A stretch of 64,000 nt of DNA from Octopus sinensis (taxonomy: Eukaryota), in contig NC_042997.1 of the NCBI RefSeq assembly GCF_006345805.1, forward strand, positions 197,966,001 through 198,030,000. Direction: 5' to 3'. The notes below the pieces were generated by a model that was not told the origin of the DNA, made no database searches, and saw nothing but the letters and a program-made list of their open reading frames with translations. A program made the translations under genes and the position numbers. Positions 1-11,361 of the stretch are shown here, piece by piece. Each line of letters starts with the position of its first letter. The stretch's first letter is position 1.

Positions 1-110
1 CTGCTATTTCAGCACGGTGGTATCTCGCACATACCCTAATTTATAGTTTTAAATAATTTTTACCTTTGTATGGTATTTATTCCATGCTGGCCACTTGATA
101 AGATTGATAT
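1..110. mobile_element. Fragment of a short interspersed element (PLE terminal-repeat-like), same family as 41820-42115
   Basis: Aligns by eye with the reverse complement of about 41843-41950 (ctgctatttc..ggtggtatctc..ttccatgctggc/tacttgataagat); runs into (TA)n. Confidence 0.55.
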
Positions 111-127
111 TTAAATATCGATATTAT

Positions 128-186
<59 letters not shown>

Positions 187-460
187 ATATATATTCGTTG
201 TTAGGAACACACCACACACACACACACATACACATATATATGTATATGTGTATATGTATGTATATATATGCATATATATATATGTATATATATGTATATA
301 TATATGTATATATAAGTATATATATGTATATATATATATATATGTATATATGATATATATATATATATGAATATATATGTATATATAAATGTATGCATAT
401 ATAAATATGTATGTATACGTATGTATGTATATATATATGTATATATATGTATATATAATA
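128..460. repeat. Compound (TA)n/(CA)n/(TATATG)n microsatellite
   Basis: Direct inspection. Confidence 0.95.
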
Positions 461-661
461 ATAAAGGGTAAAATTAATTAATTAATTAATAATTAATGAT
501 TTTACCAAGTAGTTCGGTATGTTAAAAGAACCACAATCGGTAAACTTGCACAAAAATTCTATAATTATAAGCATAATTATAATTATGGTTCAGCAAAGTT
601 TGCTTCACCACATACCGAAATTTAGAAATAGCAGTTAAAACTACTACTTCACTACTATAAG

Positions 662-968
662 ATATCTCACAGACAGCAATAATCAACAACTCACGCAGGT
701 AAAGAGAAAACTATAACGAATCCACCCGGCTCTGATTAACTGCATACGCATTTCGGAGTTAGATAGATGTGAAAAATGTAAAATCATATTTCTACTCACT
801 CATTCTGTACTAATGAGGAGAATGAGTGAGTAGAAATTATCTCCCACACAGCAATACTCATCTATCTAACTCCGAAATGCGTATGCAGTTAATCATAGCC
901 GGGTGGATTCGTTATTGTTTTCTCTTTACCTGCGTGAGTTGTTGAGTATTGCTGTGTGGGAGATAATT
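662..968. mobile_element. Foldback element with nested inverted repeats (PLE pLTR-like)
   Basis: Arms 662-769 and 859-967 are near-identical reverse complements; inner hairpin 788-806/819-837; third pair 835-860/943-968. Confidence 0.8.
805..888 (+). ncRNA. Degenerate minimal type I hammerhead ribozyme motif
   Basis: CTGTA-CTAATGA-GGAG...CTCC-GAAA-TGCG-TA-TGCAG; G5 mutated to A and helix III ATGCGT (probably from ACGCGT). Confidence 0.55.
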
Positions 969-1620
969 CTGAGACTATATATACATCTGTAAAGATTGTG
1001 TTTTACATATAAGGTGCCAGTAATTTCTAGAATAGAGAAAGAAGAGCAGTTTCTTACATCTGTTTCTGTCAGTTTTAATAAAAACTAATATTTCCTAAAT
1101 CTAAATATTTTATTAGAAATTTTATTCTTAGCTGCAAAATTTTAAGTAATTTTTTTTCTTGTTCTGTACATTATCAGATGTAATAAGTTGTCCTGAATTT
1201 TTCCAATTGTTATATATATAGCCGGCCACATCGCGTGAATGCGGAGAGGAAAAGGGTTCGGGGATTCCATTTGTAATTAAATTTCGGGGTTTCTTGTTCG
1301 TTCCTTCCGTGTGCTATCGTGTCAAAAACCAATTTCTATAGCGTCGGATCACTCTACGCTTTGTAAGGAGTTTTGTGTGTAGATGCCCATCGAATGTATT
1401 GCATATATTATTATAAACATATAGCCTGGTCACGCACTGTGCAACGCTGACTGCGTATAGGAATTCGTGTAAGTTTACAGTTTTTGAAGAATACTCAGTC
1501 CATGCAATATATGTTACGTCAAACAAAGGTAATGTATTTGATAGACGTATTGTATCCTCATTGTAAATCGACGGAGACCCACTCCGCTATAAATTTATAT
1601 AATACACGTACATACATACT

Positions 1621-2044
1621 CTTTACTCTTTACTCTTTTACTTGTTTCAGTCATTTGACTGCGGCCATGCTGGAGCACCGCCTTTAGTCGAGCAACTCGA
1701 TCCCGGACTTATTCTTTTGTATGCCCAGTACTTATTCTATCGGTCTCTTTTGCCGAACCGCTAATTAACGGGGACGTAAACACACCAGCATCGGTTGTCA
1801 AGCAATGTTGGAGGGACAAACACAGACACACAAACATACACACACACACAACACACATATATATATATACATATATACGACGGGCTTCTTTCAGTTTCCG
1901 TCTACCAAATCCACTCAGAAAGCATTGGTCGGCCCAGGGCTATAGCAGAAGACACTTGCCCAAGGCGCCACGCAATGGGACTGAACCCGGAACCATGTGG
2001 TTGGTTAGCAAGCTACTTACCACACAGCCACTCCTGCGCCTATA
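1621..2044 (-). mobile_element. SINE family A (tRNA-like head, CCTTGGGCAAGTG CORE-like motif, internal TA/TG microsatellite, AGTAAAAG tail)
   Basis: Multi-copy in the window; A/B-box-like head TGGCTGTGTGGTAAG..GGTTCAGTCCC. Confidence 0.9.
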
Positions 2045-2339
2045 GATACATTTATATACATATATCCATATGTATGCATATAGATATGTGTGCGTGTGTT
2101 TATATATATATATATCTTTTTCCCTTTTTCCTTGAAGAATAAAGAATAGAAAGTCCTTGGTATAATATTATATATATGAAAAATTTAATGGAATGGTTTT
2201 TCTGATAATTTTCCACTGTGATAATTAAATGTTCGCCTAATAACTTATGAACATCTAATTATCAAAGCGGGAAAATCACCAGAAAAGCAAATTCTATTCA
2301 TCTTTTGATGTATATTTATTTATCTATCTATCTATCTAG

Positions 2340-2382
2340 ACACACAGAGACACAGACACAGACAGACAGACAGACAGACACA

Positions 2383-2429
<47 letters not shown>

Positions 2430-2710
2430 ATATATATATAAGTGTATGTATATATATATGAATTAGAAAAATAACACCTTTTATCAATTCAGTAATGAAA
2501 AATTAAATTATACCATTTAGAAAAATTACGTCTGTAAGTTTTGAATAAAATTCCCTCATATTATCATTTTATTATTATTATTATTATTTATTATTATTAT
2601 TATTATTATATTATTATTATTATTATTATTATTAGTACTATATTATTATATATATTATAATATATATATATATATTATATAATACATATATATATGTATG
2701 TGTGTGTATG
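2340..2710. repeat. Compound (CA)n, (TTA)n, (TA)n microsatellites
   Basis: Direct inspection. Confidence 0.9.
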
Positions 2711-2866
2711 TATATAGATGCACAGTGCAACATTGTCCGTTTTTCGGTCCCTGCTTTTGTATACATTCGATGCTTTCTTCCAATGAATCTAATGCTCTTA
2801 GCTTAGTTTTTCCTTGGGGCTTGCCAGATTGGAGCAATCTCAAGATTAATCGGCCGAAATTGCGAG

Positions 2867-2995
2867 GATGAGTGAACTGGGGCAAGGTGAAATGAAGTGT
2901 TTCGCTCAAGAAAACAACGCGTCGTCCGGTCCAGGAATCGAAACCACAATCTTGCGACCATGATGCTGACACCCTAACCACTAAGCCACGCGCCT

Positions 2996-2999
<4 letters not shown>
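2867..2999 (-). mobile_element. SINE family D head (tRNA-like plus CORE-like domain)
   Basis: GTGGAGGCGCGTGGCTTAGTGGTTAGGG..GGTTTCGATTCC..TTGAGCGAAACACTTCATTTCAC on the minus strand. Confidence 0.8.
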
Positions 3000-3036
<37 letters not shown>

Positions 3037-3100
3037 CATATACAGAGAAAGAGAGAGAGAGTGAGAGAGAGAAATATATATATATATAGATAGATAGATA

Positions 3101-3509
3101 CTCTTTTACTCTTTTACTCTTTAACTTGTTTCAATCATTTGACTGCGGCCATGCTGGAGCACCGCCTTTACTCGAGCAACTCGATCCCGGGTCTTATTCT
3201 TTTATAAACCCAGTACTTATTCCATCGGTCTCTTTTGCCGAACCGCTAAGTAACGGGGACATAAACACACCAGCATCGGTTGTCAAGCAATGCTAGGGGG
3301 ACAAACACAGACACACAAACACACACACGCATATATATATATACATATATACGACGGGCTTCTTTTAGTTTTCGTCTACCAAATCCACTCACAAGGCTTT
3401 GGTCGGCCTGAGGCTATAGCAGAAGACACTTGCCCAAGGTGCTACGCAGTGGGACTGAACCCGAAACCATGTGGTTGGTAAACAAGCTACTTACCACACA
3501 TCCACTCCC
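3101..3509 (-). mobile_element. SINE family A
   Basis: Near full-length match to 1621-2044. Confidence 0.9.
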
Positions 3510-3510
3510 A

Positions 3511-3544
3511 CAGATAGATAGATAGATAGATAGATAAATAGATA

Positions 3545-3611
<67 letters not shown>

Positions 3612-3612
3612 T
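3511..3612. repeat. (GATA)n microsatellite
   Basis: Direct inspection. Confidence 0.95.
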
Positions 3613-3949
3613 ACATGTACATATATGGGTCTCCGAATCTTGTGATTCTGTTTCTACACTGCACTTAATTCTGTCAACGACCTCCAAAGAGACAGTTGTA
3701 ATGAACATGGAAGAAGTTCCAACGCGAAACTAAATGATGTTTTTACAATGGGAAACCTTTCTACATTATCTGAAATGATGTATAGCGACACAGTGTATAC
3801 TTCATCTAGCGTGGGAAAATTAAATTACTGCATTTAAGGCTGGATGCGCACTTAATTGTCGGATGTAAGATGCATCACTTCTAATTTCATTAGTGTAAAT
3901 TATTTTAAGTAAATGGCGTTTCTACTTAACTAATTACTGAACACGTTAC

Positions 3950-4245
3950 TAGTGACTGGCCGGTGTAGTGGCTTTTATGTGGACAGCTGACCTGCTAGAA
4001 ATAACAGTGAAATTTTCCTCATGTTCATTCTACCGCTCTAAAAATGAAATACGTTGGATCTAGTATTGTCAAAGGTATATTATGCGTGAAAGAAGTCAGA
4101 ATGATCGAGTCTGAAATGCATTTGACCATTTGCCTGCTTGATCAGGGTTGATTTGTTGCTATATATCCTCATCAACAACAACAACAGCAACAGTAGCAGC
4201 AGCAGCAACAGAAACAACAGCAGTAGCAGTTACAACAACAACAAC
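3950..4245 (+). mobile_element. Old SINE-like family E remnant with (CAA/CAG)n tail
   Basis: CAGCTGACCTGCTAGAAATA motif recurs near 21790; the 3' GATCAGGG.TGA motif recurs inverted near 24620-24680. Confidence 0.5.
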
Positions 4246-4261
4246 AGAAAAATGGAGTATT

Positions 4262-4476
4262 CTTTTATTCGTTTATTCTTTTACTTGTTTCAGTCATTTG
4301 GCTGCGGCCATGCTGGAGCACCGCCTTTTAGTCGAATCAAAACGACCCCAGGACTTATTATTTGTAAGCCTAGTACTAATTCTATCGGTCTCTTGTGCCG
4401 AACCGCTAAAGTACGGGAACCTAAACACTCCAGCATCGGTTGTCCAGCGATGTTGGGGAGACAAACACAGATACAC

Positions 4477-4554
<78 letters not shown>

Positions 4555-4740
4555 ATATATATATATATATATATATATACGACGGGCTTCTTTCATTTTT
4601 CTGTCTACCAAATTCACTCACAAGGCTTTGGTCGGCCCGATACTATAGTAGAAGACACTTGCCCAACGTGCCACGCAGTGGACTGAACCCGGACCATGTG
4701 GTTGGTAAGCAAGCGACTTACTTCTACAGCCAGTATGCGG
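4262..4740 (-). mobile_element. SINE family A
   Basis: Full-length homolog with an expanded internal (CA)n. Confidence 0.9.
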
Positions 4741-5434
4741 AGATGAAATTTATATTTAATTGCTGAATCTTTTACTGGTTTCAGCCATTTGTTGTTCCCT
4801 GAAGATTTCAATTAGCCAGGGCTTATAATCTCTAGTTTTCAGTTAAGAGTCATAGATTACTTAGTAGAACTGATACACATAATGGAAAGATGTCTTCAAT
4901 TAAATGACTTAAATTTAAATTTCATACAGTGCACTTTCTTTTTCGATTGTAATTATTCAGCAAAGAAAGCGCTTGCAGTGGATTTAAATGCAAAACACTT
5001 AAACCGATAACATGATTATTTTATATGTACTTATATTGAGTATGTTATCACGATTAAACCTTACTCCAAGTTTTAGTACATATTTAGGTGGATTATATGT
5101 TATATTAACATTTTAATAACACAGTTTAGTAGAATAAAAATTGCCTTTATTATCGCCCAAAGGCTCTGAATTGGTGTTGTTTGGTAAAGATTCCGTGTAG
5201 CAAAATAGATAAGAATTTATCGCAAATAAAAGATGATCTGATATGGATTGCAGGCAAGTAGCGTTGAATTGTAGAGGAAATTGTTCAGTGCATAATCTAT
5301 ATACACAATAAATCGCCTCCAGTGGATTTAGACCCAAACCGTATTAGCTGATATTCCAGTACCTTATCAAATAATATGGTATGAAAACATTTATTTCCTG
5401 TGTCTGTTTTATAGAATGCTATACAGAATGAATA

Positions 5435-6100
5435 ATCATCATCATTGTTCGACCGTAGTCGAGATAAAATGGAATTTACCATGCTACGCCAGAATTCACG
5501 GTCCATCATGGCATTACGGAGGTCCTGTTGCTGGATGCCTGTATCCCTGAAGATTACATCATGGTAGGAGAGTGTGCGCCCTCTGGTATTGCGAGTAGAT
5601 GGCTTCCAGAGAAGAGTAGAAATTACTTCTTTTTCAGCTCTACAACAATGTCCAGCAAACTGGACTCTCCTAAATTTCACAAGAGATGACACAGGTGGTA
5701 GTTTCCCATATATTTGCATTTTGGTTGGATGGCGCCTCCACGAGAGATTTTGAGCTCTCATAAGGAGGCGAGTGTAGGTTCCATCCAACCGCCTCTCAAG
5801 CTTTTTTGATAACGTCCAGGTTTCTGAGCCATATAGTAGAATTGGTTCGACTGTGGCTTTGAAGATTTCAAGTTTGAAGTCTCTACTTAGATTTGATGAC
5901 CAGATCTTATGCATGTCATTACAGGCTGACCAGGCCATACCCTTTCTAGTTAGAAAGTCTTTTCCAGATGATGATATGTATGATCCAAGATATTTGTAAT
6001 CAGAAACCATATTTAAGGGCGCATTGTTGAGAGTATGGATGATGCAATCACTGTTGGACAGGCACTTGTTTATGTATTCAGTTTTGGCCTCATTGAGGTA
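5435..6100 (-). mobile_element. 5'-truncated RTE-like non-LTR retrotransposon (RT C-terminus)
   Basis: ORF 5297-6010: YKYLGS..PILLYGSETWTL..RRVQFAGHCCR..DREFWR; (GAT)n tail near 5435. Confidence 0.85.
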
Positions 6101-6723
6101 ATAATAATGGAAAACGAAGTCTACCAGTTTGGGATATATTATTGATTAAGGTATCGAGAAAGAATTTCAAGATCGATTATGTACCATGTATATAAAAATA
6201 ATGGCAGTTTACCTACCACATCCTATATTGTTTCTCCTGGTTATATTATTTTCAATTATGAGTTTAAGTGCAATATAAACTGAATGAATATTTACGAATA
6301 TTTACGAAAATTCTAATCAATAAATAAATTTCGGTCAAGGATGGAGTCATTATTCAGTCATTAGACTTCATAAAAAATGAAATCAGAAAAAGCATTTATC
6401 TCAAAACCTACCGTCTTCCGTAAGGGAAGGAATCATTGGAAACTTGTATAATTCTCAAAAGTAGTCGAAGATGGAAAGACCTTGGACTGTATTATATTTG
6501 TCTTGACAGTTATGGCATAGTTCCAGGGCACTTCCTCTTGTACTACTTTTGAAAATCATGAAATTATGAAATCGGTTAGTTGAATGTAAATACATTTTAA
6601 TGAATCTAAGTGCATTTTCAATTTCTTCATGTGTGTACATGTTTGTATATATTTATATACATACATATATATTCGCATATGTATGCATAATATATATATA
6701 TATACATACATGCATATAAATAT

Positions 6724-7070
6724 ATAGACGCAGGTGTAGCTGTGCGGTAAGAAGCTTGCTTCCCAACGATATAGTTCCAGGTTCAGTCCCTCTGCGTGGC
6801 ACCTTAGGAAGGTTTTGTCTACTATACCCACCGGCCTTGTGGGTGGATTTAGTAGACGAAACTGAAAGAAGCCCGTCATATATGTATATACATGTGTGTG
6901 TGTGTGTATGTGTGTGGCTTCTTGTCTGTGTTTGTTCTTCTCAACCATCGTTTAACAACCAACGTTGGTGTATTTATGTGCTCGTAACTTAGCGGTTCGG
7001 GAAAAATTTCCAATATAATAAGTATCATTTCTACAAAGAATATGTCCTTGAGTCGATTTCTTCGACCAAA
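6724..7070 (+). mobile_element. SINE family A, 3'-truncated
   Basis: Head and body homologous to the other A copies. Confidence 0.85.
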
Positions 7071-7161
7071 AAGCCCACCGAATATATATATATACATATA
7101 AACACATTATTGGTGAATTGAAGAAATGGAGCTGAACGCAGATTGAACAGAAATCGTTTTA

Positions 7162-7252
7162 TTTCATTCTACACACGTGTTTCGAAAGGCACAAATTACC
7201 AAAATCCGATTGAATAATGGGACCATATTGTGTCTTTCTCTTCAGGAAGAAA
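7162..7252 (-). ncRNA. Type I hammerhead ribozyme, intact core (left arm)
   Basis: TTTCTTC-CTGAAGA-GAAAGACACAA...TTGTGCCTTTC-GAAA-CACGTGTG-TA-GAATGAAA. Confidence 0.75.
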
Positions 7253-7425
7253 AAAGGAAATCCGTTGGAAAAACAAAACAGAACAAGGCAAGAGCAAAAA
7301 ACAAATCGAACTGTGCTCCTAAGAGCCCATGGCGAAACTAAGAGCCATGGGCTCTTAGGAGCACAGTTCGATTTGTTTTTTGCTCTGCCTCTGTTCTGTT
7401 TTTGTTTTTCCAACGGATTTCCTTT

Positions 7426-7514
7426 TTTCTTCCTGAAGAGAAAGACACAATATGGTCCCATTATTCAATCGGATTTTGGTAATTTGTGCCTTTCGAAACA
7501 CGTGTAGAATGAAA
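7426..7514 (+). ncRNA. Type I hammerhead ribozyme, intact core (right arm); predicted cleavage after A7506
   Basis: TTTCTTC-CTGAAGA(7433-7439)-GAAAGACACAA...TTGTGCCTTTC-GAAA(7495-7498)-CACGTG-TA-GAATGAAA; helix III ACACGTGT is a palindrome. Confidence 0.8.
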
Positions 7515-7732
7515 TAAAACGATTTCTGTTCAATCTGCGTTCAGCTCCATTTCTTCAATTCACCAATAATGTTTTAATTTCAATTATCCGCACCACGCAC
7601 GGTTGCAACGCCAGATGGTTGTACCTCCAACCGTGCTGTTCACTGCTGTGATTTTTGCTACTAAGGTATCGGTTAAACTTTTGATTAATCTACTACAAGA
7701 TTATTCATCTTTCTATTTCACATAATATATAC

Positions 7733-7786
<54 letters not shown>

Positions 7787-7801
7787 TGAATTAAATATAT
7801 T

Positions 7802-7835
<34 letters not shown>

Positions 7836-8339
7836 TGTATGTATGTATGTGTGTGTGTGTATGTGTGTGTGTGTGTGCATATACTTATATGCAGACACAA
7901 ATATTGGAAATATTTATTGGGTTTCATCGGTAAGTTATAAGAGAATCTCTAAAACTGCTGAGCGGACGAAAAGATGTCATATTTAATGTGAAGACCTGGT
8001 CTGAATAGTAACAAGTCGTCATGTGGTAATGTTGAGCTGGGTGACAGATTATGTCTTTCGAATACATAAAATGTAGACAAACATGAAAAGAAATATATAA
8101 CTTTGATGTCGTAATCAAAGGTTTTATAAAATCAAGTCTGTCTTAGGTGGGGTTGAACAACATGTGTTTATAGATTCCGAAAAAAGTTACAAGTATACTA
8201 GACAATGAAGAGAGCTTCTTTCGTTCATACCTCCGAAGTGCTTCTGGTAAAGACAGTTATAGAAGTGGTCTGGTCTACAGCAACTATATTAGTATCAATG
8301 TTGATCTATCGTTAATACTGGCGCAAATATTCGATCAAT

Positions 8340-8537
8340 GTGTGTATGTATGCATGCATGTATGTATGTATGTATGTATGTATGTATGTATGTATGTATG
8401 TATGTATGTATGTATGTGTGTGTGTGTATGTCTGTATTATGTATGTAATGTTGTGTATGCATATATGTATGTATCTGTTTATCTATCTATCTATTTATCT
8501 ACCTATCTATCTATCTATCTATCCATCTATCTCTTTC

Positions 8538-8590
<53 letters not shown>
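8340..8590. repeat. (TATG)n/(CTAT)n/(TA)n compound microsatellite
   Basis: Direct inspection. Confidence 0.9.
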
Positions 8591-8595
<5 letters not shown>

Positions 8596-8665
8596 TTGGA
8601 ATGAATGCGTCGCGCTCAATTATAACACACACACATACACACATATATATATATATATTATTTGT

Positions 8666-8840
8666 AATATGTGACATTTATGCGGTTGCCATGATAAAAC
8701 TCCGAGTTTCGGATGCACGGGCTTGAACCTGCACCGGTATCTCTTCAGTGATCGAAACTGAAGAGATGCCGGTTCTGGTTTCCTCCTGGACATCCGAAAC
8801 TCGGAGTTTTATCATGGCAACCGAATAATTGTTACATATT
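8666..8840. ncRNA. Palindrome with two divergent near-canonical hammerhead motifs
   Basis: Plus strand: CTGAAGA(8758-8764)-GATG..CATC-C-GAAA(8796-8799)-CTCGGAG-TT; mirror copy on the minus strand at about 8695-8750. Confidence 0.65.
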
Positions 8841-8914
8841 ATATCTACAAATAAATTCCTCTATTTACATAATATCGAGGTCTCTTTCATTCTTTTGCTG
8901 TCTTACCATTACTG

Positions 8915-8954
<40 letters not shown>

Positions 8955-8956
<2 letters not shown>

Positions 8957-9030
8957 GATAGAATATGTACAAGGCTTACAAAGAATAGTTCTCCAGCATG
9001 GCGCAGTAAAATGACTGAAACAAATGAACG
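8955..9030 (+). mobile_element. SINE family A 3' fragment with internal deletion
   Basis: ccgatagaat..ggcttacaaagaat..ctccagcatgg..atgactgaaaca. Confidence 0.7.
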
Positions 9031-9104
9031 TAAAAACAATATAGATGAGAATACACAAACACACACACACCTATATATATATTTATAGTATTTTATACAT
9101 AAAT

Positions 9105-9345
9105 ATAAGTGGGAACCACTATGGGGAAACCCTTACGCTAGAAAGAGATCCGCTACGGTCTCAACCACTAAGAATTGTTCTCCAGAAAATTTAGCACACC
9201 AGAAATGTAAGCGAGCAAGACATGAAAAATAACAAAAATAAAGATTAATCACACACAATTGTTTCACTATCAATAAATTACGTAATTTTACTTACACAAC
9301 TTATCTGTAGATCTTCAGTGTGATCCTCTTTGCAAGATATAATTT
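9105..9345 (-). mobile_element. PLE pLTR-like short element with a hammerhead motif at 9249-9325 (G at the cleavage position)
   Basis: ATCACA-CTGAAGA-..-GAAA-CAATTG-T-G-TGTGAT; left part homologous to the palindrome arms at 50928-51122. Confidence 0.6.
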
Positions 9346-9912
9346 GTAGAACTATACGTCAGATATCAACATGAGTTTGAAAATGCATGTAGTTCCACCT
9401 ATTATATTTGCGGTTTTTTATTGATTCAAGGGGGCCCAGAGCCCCTCTAGGTTTGTGTGATTGGCTTTTAATGCCCAGCTGCATGCACTGCAGGCTGTTG
9501 TGCTTAATAAACATACATTTTGTCGTGAAATTCCGGCTACTAGGAAACCATTTTTCATTGTGAAAAAACGAGTGCTTTTAGCCCTCACTTTCTTTCAAAT
9601 TTTTAATAAAATTTTCCTTTTTTTAAAAAATTCCTCATCTTTAAATGTGGCCTAAGTAGACCCAAATGAAATCGGGTTATAATACTAGTTTCATTATATT
9701 TAGATATGAAACTTCACTTTTTGACAAAAGTAAATGAAACGATTTAAAACTCAGAGAAACTTCTTTTCTATGTAACAATGGTGTTTGTAATACTCTTTTG
9801 TAGATAAATATATTGTCATAATATTTGCTTGTTTGTTTTTTTGTTGTTGTTGTAGTTGTTGTTATCGTAATACTGACATATGTTCTGATGCGATACCTAA
9901 ATTTATTCTCAG

Positions 9913-10046
9913 CAAGATGAAGATGTCAACATTGATTCTGTTGCTGGCCTTCTTTCTCATCATGATGATGTTGTTGCTGCTGACTCTGATGATAGGAATT
10001 ATAACGAAGGTTTTCTACATGGCTTCAGAATAATAACTCATTATAG
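9913..10046 (+). CDS. Candidate internal coding exon of an unidentified gene (QDEDVNIDSVAGLLSHHDDVVAADSDDRNYNEGFLHGFRIITHY)
   Basis: Branch-like TACTGAC near 9872, no AG before TTTATTCTCAG acceptor, donor AG/GTAAC; open frame bounded by stops just outside both sites. Confidence 0.35.
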
Positions 10047-10084
10047 GTAACGAACACCACCACTGTACACACGAGCTCTTTCAA

Positions 10085-10099
10085 TCATATATATTTATA

Positions 10100-10140
<41 letters not shown>

Positions 10141-10196
10141 ACACGCACACACACACACTGACACACATACACACACACATACATATGTGTATATAA

Positions 10197-10229
<33 letters not shown>

Positions 10230-10263
10230 CATATATGTATGTATATATGTATATACATATATG

Positions 10264-10321
<58 letters not shown>

Positions 10322-10330
10322 GTATATATA

Positions 10331-10362
<32 letters not shown>

Positions 10363-10454
10363 ATATATATATATATATATGTATATATGTATAGATATAT
10401 ATGTATGTGCATATATATATGTATATATATGCATGTGTATATATATGTATGTAC

Positions 10455-10486
<32 letters not shown>

Positions 10487-10690
10487 GCATATATATACAT
10501 ATGTATATATATGTATAGATATATATGTATGTGCATATATATATGTATATATATGCATGTGTATATATATGTATGTACATATATATATATTATATATATA
10601 TATATATATATAATATATATATATATATGCATATATATACATATGTATATATATGTATATATATACATACATATATACATATATATATAC
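10085..10690. repeat. About 600-bp degenerate TA/TG/CA tract with internal block duplication
   Basis: Block tatagatatatatgtatgtgcatatatatatgtatatatatgcatgtgtat occurs twice. Confidence 0.9.
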
Positions 10691-11361
10691 ATTAATCATA
10701 TTCTTGCACAACAAAGTTGCTCGGTAATGCAAGCACGAGAGACACATTTATAGCTAATACGCACATTTCCGATATGCAAACCATAATTCCTTGTCTCACG
10801 TATCACTTAAAACCTTTTTCCTTCTGCCAAATATCCAGATAAATCAATCTTAGAAGCTTTTCTAAATCCCTCATTCAAAAGACAATCACCGATTCTTCAC
10901 AAAGAAAACAGAAAGCCGCATTCTAAATTAGTTTTAATTCATTACGTTCACAGATTTGGTAAATGCAATGCATAATATATTTGCTGTAGAGTCGGTTTCT
11001 TTCTAATTCACGAGAGAAAAATACAGAGAAGAATATGGAAGATTGACATAAAATAATGATAATGGAAAGGAATTACTTTCACTAAATCTTGATTTTCAGT
11101 TAAAGTATGATACTTGAGAGAAGTGTGTGCAACACAGACGTAGATACGAATACTGCTGAATTGCTTACGGAGGATTCCTGAAAGGAATACATACCATCAT
11201 ATATAGTGTGGCATGTTCCCATGTGTGGTGTATGAAATGAACGGATAAATTTATTTAGAGAAAGGTAGTTAGGTAGATATAGTAGTAGTGGAAGATAGAG
11301 AAGCACATATAAAATTTTATTCGATCGACAATTGAATGTGGAGTGTTTTATTTTTGCTGGT

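Larger units (their letters stand above)
7104..7572. mobile_element. Near-perfect palindrome (arms 7104-7333 and 7344-7572, 10-nt loop)
   Basis: About 230-bp arms, reverse complementary except for a few indels and mismatches. Confidence 0.95.

Noticed and set aside
1230-1570. Unique-looking segment with short ORFs on both strands
   Set aside because: No recognisable domain or splice architecture; cannot be called without a search.
4138-4686. Poly-N/S and poly-T/A ORFs
   Set aside because: A CAA/CAG repeat tail read into a SINE A copy.
9833-10033. Hydrophobic ORF resembling a signal peptide or TM helix
   Set aside because: It is an alternative frame of a GAT/GTT-rich stretch; splice signals fit the other frame better, and neither is proven.
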